A stretch of 64,000 nt of DNA from a virus. Below the pieces are notes generated by a model. The model made no database searches, was not told where the DNA came from, and worked only from the letters and a program-made list of their open reading frames with translations. The position numbers were made by a program, and so were the translations under genes. Position 1 is the first letter of the stretch. Every line of letters begins with the position of its first letter. Where the stretch lies: the IMG/VR virus record IMGVR_UViG_3300050821_001592, positions 1 through 64,000 of that record; one strand, 5' to 3'. Of the stretch, positions 8,749 to 18,511 are shown piece by piece.

Positions 8749-9131
8749 GCGAGCTTGAAGGCCGTTCCAGAGAAAACATGCGGACGAGCCGCGATGCGTT
8801 CGAATACACCCAGAGTGAGGGGCTGGGATTCCGATTTCCTCTCGCTAACGAACTCTTCGTGGATATAGATGACTCTGCCGCACAGGCCGAGTTCGATAGA
8901 AATTATCAAATTTTGAGAGGGCCTTTCGGCTTTCAAACAACGGTCGTAACTGCGTCTCGTCGCAAACCGAACGGTAAGCACATTGTGGTGAAGATGAACC
9001 GTAACGTATCTGCGATTGAGCGAATCGCCCTTCAAGCCGCACTTGGTTCAGACCCCACTCGGGAGGCGCACAGCCTCGTCCGATATGTCGATAACGACCC
9101 GTTGCCCACGCTGTTCTTCGAGAAAAAGTAA
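8745..9131 (+). CDS. Hypothetical protein
   Basis: ATGA overlap; LFVDIDD and GKHIVV motifs. Confidence 0.7.
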   Translation: MSELEGRSRENMRTSRDAFEYTQSEGLGFRFPLANELFVDIDDSAAQAEFDRNYQILRGPFGFQTTVVTASRRKPNGKHIVVKMNRNVSAIERIALQAALGSDPTREAHSLVRYVDNDPLPTLFFEKK

Positions 9132-9132
9132 A

Positions 9133-10833
9133 ATGCGAGAGCGACACTTCCAATCCGAAGCAGTTGACGCGAGTCTCGCAGCATACGACGCGGGCGTCCA
9201 TAAACAACTACTTGTCATGGCGACGGGCACAGGCAAGACCCATTGTTTTGGTCGATTATATGAGGCCATGAAAACCCGTCTCGGGGGGCAGATGCTCGTA
9301 CTTGCCCACACAGATGACCTAGTGAAGCAAAATCGAGACAGACTTGAACACATGCACGGTGTGGCGAACGTGAGTATGGAGATGGGGGAATACTATGCAA
9401 ACCCGGAGTCGCCTATACTCAGTGCCAGTGTACAGACGCTCGGTAGAAAAGGAACAAACCGTCTTGACAAATTCGATTGGACCAACATTGATAAAATCGT
9501 TGTGGATGAGGCTCATCACTCTACAACTGACGCTTATAGACGCATCCTTGAGCGGGCTGGGGTGCTTGAACCGTCAAGTCGAAAGCTACTCTTCGGCGTT
9601 ACGGCGACTCCGCAGCGAACGGACGGGATTGCTCTCGACTCCGTATATGACAAAGTTATCTACCTCTACCCTCTTCGTAAAGCAATCACAGATGGGTGGC
9701 TCGTCGACATTAGAGGGTACTGCGTCAGGACAACCACGTCGCTTGAGGGTGTCTCCAAAACCGACGGGGATTTCTCCCGAAAAGAATTATCTGAACGGGT
9801 CAACTCACCCCAACGCAATCAACAAATCGTGGATGTCTGGGGGAGAGTTGGTGAGCAACGAAAAACCGTTATCTACTGCGTGGATATTGAACACGCGCAA
9901 AGAGTGGCCCAAGAGTTTAGAGTATCTGGAATTACGGCAGAAGCCGTATGGGGAGATGATGTTGAGCGGAGGGACAAGATACAACGTCACATACACGGCC
10001 AGACCCGCGTCTTGTGCGTATGCGGACTTCTCATTGAGGGATATGATGACCCAACAATTGCGTGTGTTATACTTGCTCGTCCTACCCAGAGTACTATCCT
10101 TCTTCCCCAAATGGTAGGTCGCGGTACTCGGTTAGAAGACAATATCAATTTGAAGGACCGCAACCCCCTCGACAAGGTCAAGCGGGATGTCATTGTTGTG
10201 TACTTCATTGACGGTAATCCAGCACCCTCCTTGGTTACGCTGCCCACGTTGATGGGGATGTCCAATAATCTGGACCTAGAAGGTCGGTCTTTGCTGGAAG
10301 TCACAGAAGCGGTAGAAGCTCTCCAAGAAGATAACCCCCATGTCGATTTCTTGAATCTCGATTCGTTATCGGGGGCGAAGACGCTCATAGAGCAAGTCGA
10401 CTTGTTCCAAGTGAGATTCCCGCAGGAAGTCAAGGACAGCTCAGAATTGACGTGGTATAAAGCCTTAACAGGCGGGTATAAGATGCTCATACCGAAGGAA
10501 GGGCCCGAACGTCAAGGCGTCGTTCGTGTCTATGAAAACGTTCTAGGGCAATGGGAGCTAGACGGAGAGATTAACGGTGAACAATTCCACGGTTTACGAA
10601 GTTCCTTCGAAGAGGCGATTAAAGTCACCGACGAGCAGATTCGAAAGCGGGTAAGCAAGCAAACGCTGAGCTGTATCGTACGTGAGGCAAAATGGCACAA
10701 TAATCCCGTGACTCGGGGTCAAAAGAAAATGCTAACGATGCTATTTCCGTGGAGGAAATTCGACTTTAGTCAGGTGAAGAGTGGTGAAGCGAGCAAGTTG
10801 ATAACAGAGACCATACTAAAGAGAAAGAGATGA
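9133..10833 (+). CDS. SF2 DEAH helicase (ResIII/Irc3-like)
   Basis: ATGTGKT, DEAHH, TATP, EGYDDP, QMVGRGTR. Confidence 0.93.
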   Translation: MRERHFQSEAVDASLAAYDAGVHKQLLVMATGTGKTHCFGRLYEAMKTRLGGQMLVLAHTDDLVKQNRDRLEHMHGVANVSMEMGEYYANPESPILSASVQTLGRKGTNRLDKFDWTNIDKIVVDEAHHSTTDAYRRILERAGVLEPSSRKLLFGVTATPQRTDGIALDSVYDKVIYLYPLRKAITDGWLVDIRGYCVRTTTSLEGVSKTDGDFSRKELSERVNSPQRNQQIVDVWGRVGEQRKTVIYCVDIEHAQRVAQEFRVSGITAEAVWGDDVERRDKIQRHIHGQTRVLCVCGLLIEGYDDPTIACVILARPTQSTILLPQMVGRGTRLEDNINLKDRNPLDKVKRDVIVVYFIDGNPAPSLVTLPTLMGMSNNLDLEGRSLLEVTEAVEALQEDNPHVDFLNLDSLSGAKTLIEQVDLFQVRFPQEVKDSSELTWYKALTGGYKMLIPKEGPERQGVVRVYENVLGQWELDGEINGEQFHGLRSSFEEAIKVTDEQIRKRVSKQTLSCIVREAKWHNNPVTRGQKKMLTMLFPWRKFDFSQVKSGEASKLITETILKRKR

Positions 10834-10982
10834 TTATAGAGACTCAAGAGGCTTTCTGTTTGTGGCTCAGACCTCTTACGTATACGACCTATGCCTTTAG
10901 GTTCAAGACGGGCAGTACCTACCCTATCAAGATTCAAATCGAGAAGAAGGGCGACCGAGTTATCATAACGGAGGAAGAATGA
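10830..10982 (+). CDS. Hypothetical protein (50 aa, not in ORF track)
   Basis: ATGA overlaps at both ends; MIIETQEAFCLWL... Confidence 0.55.
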   Translation: MIIETQEAFCLWLRPLTYTTYAFRFKTGSTYPIKIQIEKKGDRVIITEEE

Positions 10983-11314
10983 ACGCAAATTATAGTCGTC
11001 AACGAATTCATAACATCGCGGGCGAGGTTGCTGCGGAGACGTATCGGGCGGGCACGATGTTCCCGCCAATGAACAGCCCGCACGAGGCGGCTTTCGTTAT
11101 TGAGGAAGAATGGGAAGAGTATCGACAGGAAGTGTTTAAACACAACTTAACGAAGCCGAATCGCGATACTCGCCCCCGTCAGCGAGAGGAACTCATACAG
11201 TTGGCCGCGATGTGCCTACGGGCGATTATCGATACGATTGATGAGCGGGTCCCCGATTGGCCGACCGAGGTAACGCGATTGTTCGGAATGCAGGGAGGGG
11301 TAGATAATGACTAA
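10979..11314 (+). CDS. MazG-like all-alpha NTP pyrophosphohydrolase
   Basis: HEAAFVIEEEWEE...REELIQLAAM pattern. Confidence 0.7.
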   Translation: MNANYSRQRIHNIAGEVAAETYRAGTMFPPMNSPHEAAFVIEEEWEEYRQEVFKHNLTKPNRDTRPRQREELIQLAAMCLRAIIDTIDERVPDWPTEVTRLFGMQGGVDND

Positions 11315-11528
11315 GACGCTGAAGCAGTTTGATGTCACCGCACGACTTAAACTCATGGTTCAGATTACTATAAAAGCCGAATCGTTGGCCGATGCCCTCG
11401 AACAAAGCAAAACACTCCGAGAACAAAAGTTCGTGTCGTTCGAGGGTGAATACATAGACGGCAGCCTTGTTATCACAGGCGTGAGCAAATCCGGTTGTTG
11501 GGATGTTAGTCAGGAGGACAGTCAATGA
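11307..11528 (+). CDS. Hypothetical protein
   Basis: GGAGG RBS. Confidence 0.65.
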   Translation: MTKTLKQFDVTARLKLMVQITIKAESLADALEQSKTLREQKFVSFEGEYIDGSLVITGVSKSGCWDVSQEDSQ

Positions 11529-11719
11529 AATATAATTTAACGTTGGAAATGACTCAAGCACAAGCAGATTTAATCCTCTTGGGGTTGTGGAGTACGAACG
11601 ACCCGAACGACCCGCGTCTCCATGACTGTCGGGGGGCTTTCATCGCCGACCGGGCTCAAGTTTATTCCTACATCGGAAAGGACGTCATTATTAGCACTTC
11701 CATTGAGTTCGTTCAGTGA
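11525..11719 (+). CDS. Hypothetical protein
   Basis: AGGAGG RBS and ATGA overlap. Confidence 0.6.
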   Translation: MKYNLTLEMTQAQADLILLGLWSTNDPNDPRLHDCRGAFIADRAQVYSYIGKDVIISTSIEFVQ

Positions 11720-12144
11720 CCACGGCTGAAAAGGCTCAAGATGCCCGATTACGTCGTATTTATAAAAAGACACTCGCGGACAAACAGAAGGAAATTCAAG
11801 AACAGGGCGGCGGGTGTGCAATATGCGGGAGACCTTACCCCGAGTACGTCCTAAGTCAGGACCACGACCATGCTTGTTGCAAACGACCTCGCGGTAAGAA
11901 AGGCAACACAGCGGTCTTTTGTGGGAAGTGTAACCGGGGGTGGCTTTGTTACCTATGCAATCGTTGGGCGATTGGCGGGTTAGAGTATATGGCGAAGGTC
12001 AACATCCCCGCTGAAAAGGCTTTCGAATACCTCAAACAGTGGCATACGCGAATCGTGGAAAGAGGCGGATATGAACCGAAAGAAGAAAAAACAAAACTTC
12101 GGAGTAAACAAAAGGGCGTTCGACGCCGTGATGTCCACCTATAG
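11716..12144 (+). CDS. Endonuclease VII-family nuclease
   Basis: QGGGCAIC...DHDH...RGWLCYLCN. Confidence 0.85.
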   Translation: MTTAEKAQDARLRRIYKKTLADKQKEIQEQGGGCAICGRPYPEYVLSQDHDHACCKRPRGKKGNTAVFCGKCNRGWLCYLCNRWAIGGLEYMAKVNIPAEKAFEYLKQWHTRIVERGGYEPKEEKTKLRSKQKGVRRRDVHL

Positions 12145-12460
12145 AAAGCTCAGTAATTCCAATCTCGGTAGTGTACGGATTGGCGGTGAACCGGGGGCGC
12201 GATACAAGATTAAAACAAAACCGACCGCTGTGGAGTTCCGTGCGGACGTCTCGAAACTGGTTCAGCAAGTCGTGAAAGGTGAGAAGCTCCCGTGGTTTTG
12301 GGCTGCATATTCTTTTGATAGTCCTGACCCGATGGATATTGAACTGTTCGTCCAGTTCATGCTTGGTGACCGGAGGCACTCGTGGGAACAACGACTAGGT
12401 AAGATTTTCGTTGACCGTAAGATATTCCCAACGAGGTCGTACTTCACGGAAATCGTATGA
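12071..12460 (+). CDS. Hypothetical protein
   Basis: GAGG RBS; coupled to the next gene. Confidence 0.65.
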   Translation: MNRKKKKQNFGVNKRAFDAVMSTYRKLSNSNLGSVRIGGEPGARYKIKTKPTAVEFRADVSKLVQQVVKGEKLPWFWAAYSFDSPDPMDIELFVQFMLGDRRHSWEQRLGKIFVDRKIFPTRSYFTEIV

Positions 12461-12867
12461 GGGTCAAGAAGACAAAATATGGGGATTACGAGACGCGAAT
12501 TCTATTCCCCGTGTTCGCTAACTATCATGTTCTCGTAGTGTTCACCGACGATTTTCAGAAATCTTGGGATGCTCGTTTTTCTACTATTGTCGTGACGTCA
12601 GACGAAACGATGGCGTTTCACTGGCACCACAAGCCGAGCGACGGTCATTCTCGCCTATTCTTTAAACTAGGCAACTGTTCATCAGGCGTTGTGGCGCATG
12701 AGTGCTGGCACTGTATTCGAACGATGCTGTTGGATTGGGTCCAAGCAGGGCTCGAAGACGAGGTGGTGGCTTATCACTTGGACTATCTAGTTCAGGCCGT
12801 AACAGATTTTAAGAACCAATTAATTGACCAAAAAGTCGGAGTTAAATCTCGCAGCAAGAAGAGGTAA
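12457..12867 (+). CDS. HExxH zincin-like protein
   Basis: VVAHECWH...EDEVVAY. Confidence 0.6.
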   Translation: MRVKKTKYGDYETRILFPVFANYHVLVVFTDDFQKSWDARFSTIVVTSDETMAFHWHHKPSDGHSRLFFKLGNCSSGVVAHECWHCIRTMLLDWVQAGLEDEVVAYHLDYLVQAVTDFKNQLIDQKVGVKSRSKKR

Positions 12868-12868
12868 T

Positions 12869-13330
12869 ATGAAGGACGAATCGTTGTTACTGGATGACCT
12901 CGCCCCGAAACGTCGGGTGAAGGTCATCAAGAAGAAGCGGTTTCATTCTAACAAAGGTGTATCGGCGGAAGTCGCGGCTCGACGCCAAGCAGCCGCTGAG
13001 GCCCATGCAGAGAACCCGTTGCCTAAGATTCAGAAGGACGCGATTCAGATGAAGTACGGGGTTACCCCCGCAGTCATCGAACGTGGCATCACCATGCCAA
13101 AGTGGAAGGCACAACAAATTCGAATGAAGTCCGAACGGACGGTGGAGGTCGTATGGCAGAGCATGACGCAGGAATGGTTCAAAGCAACGAAAGGGTTGAC
13201 GAGAGAACGAAACTCAAATTCGGTTCGGGCTTCCACGAGAGTGTACCCGAAAACGCCGTACGGGACGAACCCCTACCCGAAACGGTTTCGGGACCTGTCC
13301 AGCCAGAACAGCCAGAACAAGCGTTCATAG
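12869..13330 (+). CDS. Basic hypothetical protein
   Basis: GAGG RBS. Confidence 0.55.
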   Translation: MKDESLLLDDLAPKRRVKVIKKKRFHSNKGVSAEVAARRQAAAEAHAENPLPKIQKDAIQMKYGVTPAVIERGITMPKWKAQQIRMKSERTVEVVWQSMTQEWFKATKGLTRERNSNSVRASTRVYPKTPYGTNPYPKRFRDLSSQNSQNKRS

Positions 13331-13818
13331 GTGAAGACGGGCAAGTTCATCAGGTCCCCCCGGAGTTAATCGGGTCTGACGGTAAGATACTCCCGTTCAA
13401 CGAAAAAACTATGAGGAAGCTACGGGGGAAGTATTTCACCGTGCGGCATGTCCTCTTGACCGATTGTGGGCACAAGATTGATGTCATTAACCAACCAAAG
13501 ACTAATTGCGAAGTCTGTTGGTACTCGTGGTTGAACACTCACGGGCAACTCGTGCAAACAGCGCATGAGTTCTATCAGCAGTACGGCAAAAAACGTCTGG
13601 TCGCAATGCGGGGGAAAGTTTTCACGAGAATGTTTCTTAGATTTATGTCAACAGTCAGTCACTTCTTAGAGCAACAAAAAGAACAGGAGATATTAGATGG
13701 GGATTCAAATCAAAGTCAACTCGGAGGAAACCCCGAAGCAGGACAAGGCGGACAAGGAAGTAGCAAAGCCCTTGACGCCGGAGGACAAGCTGAAGTTGGT
13801 GAAGTCATTAACCTCTAG
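13153..13818 (+). CDS. Hypothetical protein with Zn-binding motif
   Basis: GGAGG RBS; CGH...CEVC. Confidence 0.65.
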   Translation: MAEHDAGMVQSNERVDERTKLKFGSGFHESVPENAVRDEPLPETVSGPVQPEQPEQAFIGEDGQVHQVPPELIGSDGKILPFNEKTMRKLRGKYFTVRHVLLTDCGHKIDVINQPKTNCEVCWYSWLNTHGQLVQTAHEFYQQYGKKRLVAMRGKVFTRMFLRFMSTVSHFLEQQKEQEILDGDSNQSQLGGNPEAGQGGQGSSKALDAGGQAEVGEVINL

Positions 13819-14827
13819 CCTAAACGCTCAATACGGCGGCGGGTTGGTGCAAAAGCTCGGCAAGAAATCAACGATGAGAATGCCGTCGTTGGCGACGAAT
13901 TTGCCGACATTAGATGAATATCTTCTTGGATGCGGAGGAGTACCAGATGGCAGAATTATTGAGGTCTATGGGCCAGAGTCAGCGGGTAAAACAGCTCTTA
14001 CATGCCACATCATCGGCTGTGCTCAAAAAGCAGGAGGACTTGCTCTTTTCGTTGACGCCGAACACGCTCTCAACCTTAACCACGCAAGAACGCTCGGAGT
14101 TGATGTCGATAACCTCATTGTTAGTCAGCCGGATTACGGAGAACAGGCTCTTGAAGTCGTACTAGCGTTCGTGAAATCCAGAGCTGTCCGTGTCGTCGTC
14201 GTAGATTCCGTATCGGCGCTCGTTCCGAAGGCGGAACTCGATGGAGACATGGGCGATAGTCATATGGGTTTGCAAGCCCGGTTGATGTCACAAGCCATGC
14301 GAAAGCTCGCGGGGGCGATTTCAAATTCGGGATGCATTGTCATTTTCATTAATCAGGTGCGGGAGAAGATTGGCGTAATGTTCGGGAACCCAGAGACTAC
14401 GACAGGTGGACGTGCTCTGAAGTTCTACGCTTCCGTCAGACTCGAAGTCCGTAGATTGTCTAACACAGATGGCGGGCAGCTAAAAGACGGAGACCTCCAT
14501 ATCGGACATCGTATGAGGATTAAGAACGTAAAAAACAAAGTGGGTAATCCGTTTCGTGAGACAATCGTTGATTTGATGTACGCGACGGGCTTCAACACTC
14601 GGGAGGACATGGTCGAATATGCCCTTATGACGGGTGTCTTGATTGAAGGCACGAAAACCAAAACGGTCGAAGGTAATGGCGTGCCTAAGGGCTGGGTGGG
14701 TTTTCAATCGAATAATTATCGTAGGGGGGACTTGACACAGGACCCGCTTTACGGTAATATCTGTTTAGAGGCATTCAAGGCTCGGGATGAACGTTTGGTT
14801 CAGGCTGTAGCGAAATCCGAAGATTGA
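13697..14827 (+). CDS. recA: RecA recombinase
   Basis: GPESAGKT, DAEHAL, SQPDYGEQAL, GLQARLMSQAMRK, GGRALKFYASVR, KNKV. Confidence 0.97.
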   Translation: MGIQIKVNSEETPKQDKADKEVAKPLTPEDKLKLVKSLTSSLNAQYGGGLVQKLGKKSTMRMPSLATNLPTLDEYLLGCGGVPDGRIIEVYGPESAGKTALTCHIIGCAQKAGGLALFVDAEHALNLNHARTLGVDVDNLIVSQPDYGEQALEVVLAFVKSRAVRVVVVDSVSALVPKAELDGDMGDSHMGLQARLMSQAMRKLAGAISNSGCIVIFINQVREKIGVMFGNPETTTGGRALKFYASVRLEVRRLSNTDGGQLKDGDLHIGHRMRIKNVKNKVGNPFRETIVDLMYATGFNTREDMVEYALMTGVLIEGTKTKTVEGNGVPKGWVGFQSNNYRRGDLTQDPLYGNICLEAFKARDERLVQAVAKSED

Positions 14828-14833
14828 GGACTT

Positions 14834-14992
14834 GTGCGAGAGATAGCCCAACGATATGTCATCGGAGCAGTATTCGCAGTCTTCGCCTGCGGGCTCCATT
14901 ACGTAGGCTCAGTCTTTATGGTGGTACCTGCGGTTGTATCTGTTTACTTGCTCGGCAGTCTATTCTGGGATGTATGGAGGGGTCGTGGCTAA
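14834..14992 (+). CDS. Small two-TM membrane protein (52 aa, not in ORF track)
   Basis: GAGG RBS and GTG start; MREIAQRYVIGAVFAVFACGL...FWDVWRGRG. Confidence 0.6.
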   Translation: MREIAQRYVIGAVFAVFACGLHYVGSVFMVVPAVVSVYLLGSLFWDVWRGRG

Positions 14993-15203
14993 AGTGCAAA
15001 GCAAAATTTCGAAATCAGATATCAAGAACGCTGTATATGCTTACGTTAGCTCTTGCTGTTCCGTCCTTGCAGACAAACCGTCGGTCAAAGACAATGAGGG
15101 CAAGCTGGGTAAGTGGCGTTGCGGGGGCTGTCGTAAACGCTGCACCGTACGCCCTGCGGATAAATCGAAATTCCAATCGGTGTCTCAAGCGGGGGTAGCA
15201 TGA
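14985..15203 (+). CDS. Small Zn-ribbon protein
   Basis: GGAGG RBS and GTG start; SCC...WRCGGCRKRC. Confidence 0.6.
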   Translation: MAKVQSKISKSDIKNAVYAYVSSCCSVLADKPSVKDNEGKLGKWRCGGCRKRCTVRPADKSKFQSVSQAGVA

Positions 15204-15622
15204 TTCAAGACCCCAGAGAGGGGGCGAAATACCTCCTGACCGTATTCGGGCTGGCGGCTCTAATTGTTCTGGTGGTCATGATTGCTGCGACGTTAGGGCA
15301 CGCCACCACAACTTCACAACACCGGAACTCCCTAGGGGTTGTGATGTACGAACAGAACCCAAATGTTTATGAAGCCGGAGAGGTCGTGAACTATGTCATA
15401 CTCGACCATAACAAGGGCCTTGTACTCCGGGTTCAGCCCCTCGCGGCCTACGCCCTTTACACAGATGAGATTTTATTTTGCGGGGTACCCGCTGACAAAC
15501 TCGACGGTCATGAAAACCCGATGGTCCTTGTTTACGAAAAAGTGGCCCACAAAATGGTTGAGGGGGTGGGATGCCACGAATTAGTAACCGTGCGAGACAT
15601 CAAAGGGGAGAAAATGAAATGA
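15200..15622 (+). CDS. Membrane-anchored or exported protein
   Basis: N-terminal hydrophobic helix. Confidence 0.7.
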   Translation: MIQDPREGAKYLLTVFGLAALIVLVVMIAATLGHATTTSQHRNSLGVVMYEQNPNVYEAGEVVNYVILDHNKGLVLRVQPLAAYALYTDEILFCGVPADKLDGHENPMVLVYEKVAHKMVEGVGCHELVTVRDIKGEKMK

Positions 15623-15786
15623 CTCTTTTAATCGTATTCGGGCTGTATTGCCTGTTGAGCATTATCCTCGGTATAGCGTTCGCGGGCCGTGAAAAATTGG
15701 AATACCCCACGTTGTCGGGGGTTTTGTTCGCAACCCTGTGGCCTCTGTTGGTGGTTGCGAAGCTCATCTTCAAGGCCATAGAATGA
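15619..15786 (+). CDS. Small two-TM protein
   Basis: MTLLIVFGLYCLL...LWPLLVV; ATGA overlaps. Confidence 0.65.
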   Translation: MTLLIVFGLYCLLSIILGIAFAGREKLEYPTLSGVLFATLWPLLVVAKLIFKAIE

Positions 15787-16175
15787 GCAAGCCGTGGATT
15801 CATGCAGTTTCTTCCGCTCGGCGGTTTGGTGGTAAACCCGAGGACTATATTGAGATTCACAATCTCCTCGATTCGAGCAAAGGCACGATAGCCGATTCAC
15901 GCCATAGGGCTCTTACGCATACGGCATGGTTCCTAAGTACGATTCTTGAAAAAGTGTTCGGCGTCGTTATAACGAACTCCGAGGGTAAGAAGGTTTCGAC
16001 CCGAGACGTAGGCGAGCAGCATGTACTAGAAGATTTTCGAGGGCGATACATACCCTCGGCGCAAGACTATTTGCAGGAAATTGACGTTAAAGAATGGATG
16101 ATATCTGGCAAGGGCCAACCACCGTCATCCGCAAAGCTGTACAAAACTCGATTGAAAGATAGGAGGATAGACTGA
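15783..16175 (+). CDS. DUF6915-like protein
   Basis: HAVSSARRFGGKPEDY, HRALTH, EQHVLED, IPSAQD. Confidence 0.7.
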   Translation: MSKPWIHAVSSARRFGGKPEDYIEIHNLLDSSKGTIADSRHRALTHTAWFLSTILEKVFGVVITNSEGKKVSTRDVGEQHVLEDFRGRYIPSAQDYLQEIDVKEWMISGKGQPPSSAKLYKTRLKDRRID

Positions 16176-16597
16176 TGAACTTAATGGCAGAGTACAAAGA
16201 AGCAAAGAAGAGGGCGAAGGCGGCTATCGAATCCGCCAACGCTATCGTAAAGGATGCGTTCTTGGAAGCCGCGAACGTCATCTTCGATAAGTACCCCAAC
16301 CTCGAATCGTTCTCATGGTATCAGTATACCCCGTATTTCAACGATGGCGACGAATGCGTGTTTCGCGCTAATACGGAATATCCGGAAGTGACTTTTACCG
16401 ACGGTACGAGTCTCGACACGAATGACGGGGATGACGAGAACCCTGCGGATGAGGCCAAGGTAGCGAAAGAGATTAAGGCCGTCGAGGACTTCTTAGCTCA
16501 GTTCGAAGAGGAAGATTATCGACAGATGTTTGATGACCATTCTCGCATCACCGTTACCCGTAAAGGCATCGACCAAGAAGAATATAGCCACGACTAG
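16175..16597 (+). CDS. Acidic phage protein
   Basis: AGGAGG RBS; WYQYTPYFNDGDECVF motif. Confidence 0.75.
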   Translation: MNLMAEYKEAKKRAKAAIESANAIVKDAFLEAANVIFDKYPNLESFSWYQYTPYFNDGDECVFRANTEYPEVTFTDGTSLDTNDGDDENPADEAKVAKEIKAVEDFLAQFEEEDYRQMFDDHSRITVTRKGIDQEEYSHD

Positions 16598-16733
16598 TCA
16601 TGACTCAAACAGGGGTATTCATTCTTGGGTGGGGATTCACTGTGTATAAGTCATACGGTGTCTGGGTGCTCGCCGTCGTGCGACAGTGGCGAGGTTGTAG
16701 TTATACCCGGACATACTATTTACGGAGGGAGAA

Positions 16734-17261
16734 ATGTCAGACTTCAACATAGCTATTGAAACTGTGCTTCGTCATGAGGGCGGTTTCGTGGATAACGTAA
16801 ACGACCCCGGAGGGGCTACGAACTTCGGCGTATCTGCACGCTGGTTGCAGTCTAAGGGCTTGCTTGAGGCTCTCGAAGAGGGCGATAAGACTCAGGATGA
16901 AGTCAAAGCAATTCGTGATATGACGAAGGCCCAAGCCATGGGATTTTTTAAGGCGTATTGGTGGGATTTTTACAAATACCAAAATTTCAACGCCCAATCC
17001 GTGGCTACAAAGGTGTTTGACTCCGCAGTGAATATGGGGGCATCGCGGGCTCACAAAATTCTACAGGGGCTTTTGGGGTTGCCTCAAGACGGGGTACTCG
17101 GACCTAAGTCGTTCGCAGAAGCGAACGCGACCTCCCCGTCGGTCTTAGTCGTGAAGTTCCAGCAAGCACAAGCTGATTTTTATCGCGGACTCGTAACAAC
17201 GAATCCGAGCCTCAGTGTTTTCCTCGGCGGATGGATTGCGAGGGCGTATGACCGAAACTAA
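16734..17261 (+). CDS. GH108 lysozyme (endolysin) with peptidoglycan-binding C-terminus
   Basis: HEGGFV, NDPGGATNFGV, FDSAVNMG, DGVLGPKS, FLGGWIAR. Confidence 0.92.
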   Translation: MSDFNIAIETVLRHEGGFVDNVNDPGGATNFGVSARWLQSKGLLEALEEGDKTQDEVKAIRDMTKAQAMGFFKAYWWDFYKYQNFNAQSVATKVFDSAVNMGASRAHKILQGLLGLPQDGVLGPKSFAEANATSPSVLVVKFQQAQADFYRGLVTTNPSLSVFLGGWIARAYDRN

Positions 17262-17646
17262 GCCGAAAATCCCCACGCTCGATGACCTCGGAACGAGATA
17301 TCAACACTACCAAGAGTTACGAGAACTCTTTGCTGAGGGGGTGGAGATTCTCAATAACGCATTGAGCTATTGCAAAAATAAACCAGATGAGGAGCGCAAG
17401 GCTTCTTTACAACACGCTGTGAATGAGATTTCTAACCGGATGGAAATACTGTCGGGCTTTGAGGGTGCGATGGGTCGATACGGGAATATCGCAAAAGAGA
17501 TTAACGCAATTGAACGCCAGAAGCTACTAACGGAGGGGTCTGATGGGTCCGAAGAGTCCAAAAAGCTCGAAAAGTCGTTGCCTTCCTGTCCGAACCGTGA
17601 TATCCCGTATTCAAAAGGCTCGACCGACATCCCCGATTGCGTTTAA
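17248..17646 (+). CDS. Hypothetical helical protein
   Basis: GAGGG RBS. Confidence 0.6.
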   Translation: MTETKPKIPTLDDLGTRYQHYQELRELFAEGVEILNNALSYCKNKPDEERKASLQHAVNEISNRMEILSGFEGAMGRYGNIAKEINAIERQKLLTEGSDGSEESKKLEKSLPSCPNRDIPYSKGSTDIPDCV

Positions 17647-18046
17647 GGATGCTGGGATTAAATTGCGGTATATCGATGAAGGCGTGTTCCGTCAGGTTTA
17701 TAAGATTAGTGGATGCCCGCTTGTTGTGAAATTTCCCCTGAATGACGGTAGCGTGGTAGATGGGGTGCAGCACTCTATTTCAGAGGTAAACCGGATTAAG
17801 CGGCTGAGCAAGATTAAAGAGTTGCTGCCGCATCTTCCGAAGATTCACTACTTTGACCGTAAGAACGGCGTTCTCGTGATGAGATATTATAAAAGTTTGG
17901 AGGGGTCTAGAGCCATCGAGCAGTTGGGTAGGGTTATACGGAAGTTGGTATCCCGAGTAGCTAGGGTGGCGATGAGTGATATACATGCTGACAACATACG
18001 TCAAGGAATACAAGGCGGGGTTGTATTTAGCGACCTCGGATATTAA
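17543..18046 (+). CDS. Minimal protein-kinase-like protein
   Basis: IDEGVFRQVY (Gly loop), VVKF (catalytic Lys), SEV (alphaC Glu), DIHADN, SDLGY. Confidence 0.75.
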   Translation: MGPKSPKSSKSRCLPVRTVISRIQKARPTSPIAFKDAGIKLRYIDEGVFRQVYKISGCPLVVKFPLNDGSVVDGVQHSISEVNRIKRLSKIKELLPHLPKIHYFDRKNGVLVMRYYKSLEGSRAIEQLGRVIRKLVSRVARVAMSDIHADNIRQGIQGGVVFSDLGY

Positions 18047-18137
18047 TTCCACAGGAGTGTGGTATGGCTTGTAAGATTGAAGGGTGCGACAAGAAATCTG
18101 TGGGGATAGGCTAGGAAAAAAAAAACAAGGAGGGGTT

Positions 18138-18452
18138 ATGCACGAAGAAGAGGCGACGACCTTGCACAAAATAGTGAGCTTGACTGCCGAAACACCTGAA
18201 GCAGTCTCGAATGTCGAGGGGGTTCATTATAACATTCCGCTAACGAGCAGCCAAAAACTATCGTTGACGAACATCCGGTTGAAGAGGGCTAACGTCCAGA
18301 AGCAAATCGCGGACCTTCAGACCGTTGATGCGAAACTCGAAGGGTTTTTCCACGGAGAGTTAACCCGCATCGCGATTGAAAACCGAATTAACCGAGACAC
18401 TCATGTCCTGTCGGATGACTTGGAGTTAAAGCCGATGGATACCAAAGCGTAA
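18138..18452 (+). CDS. Hypothetical protein
   Basis: AAGGAGG RBS. Confidence 0.7.
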   Translation: MHEEEATTLHKIVSLTAETPEAVSNVEGVHYNIPLTSSQKLSLTNIRLKRANVQKQIADLQTVDAKLEGFFHGELTRIAIENRINRDTHVLSDDLELKPMDTKA

Positions 18453-18474
18453 TTTTGATTTTTGTTGATGGCAT

Positions 18475-18511
18475 CCCCACGACTCAGACAGGAGCGTGGG
18501 GGTTTTTTTTT
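18475..18511 (+). terminator. Intrinsic terminator at the convergence of the two arms
   Basis: CCCCACG/CGTGGGG stem with inner CTC/GAG pairs, then G and T9. Confidence 0.85.
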
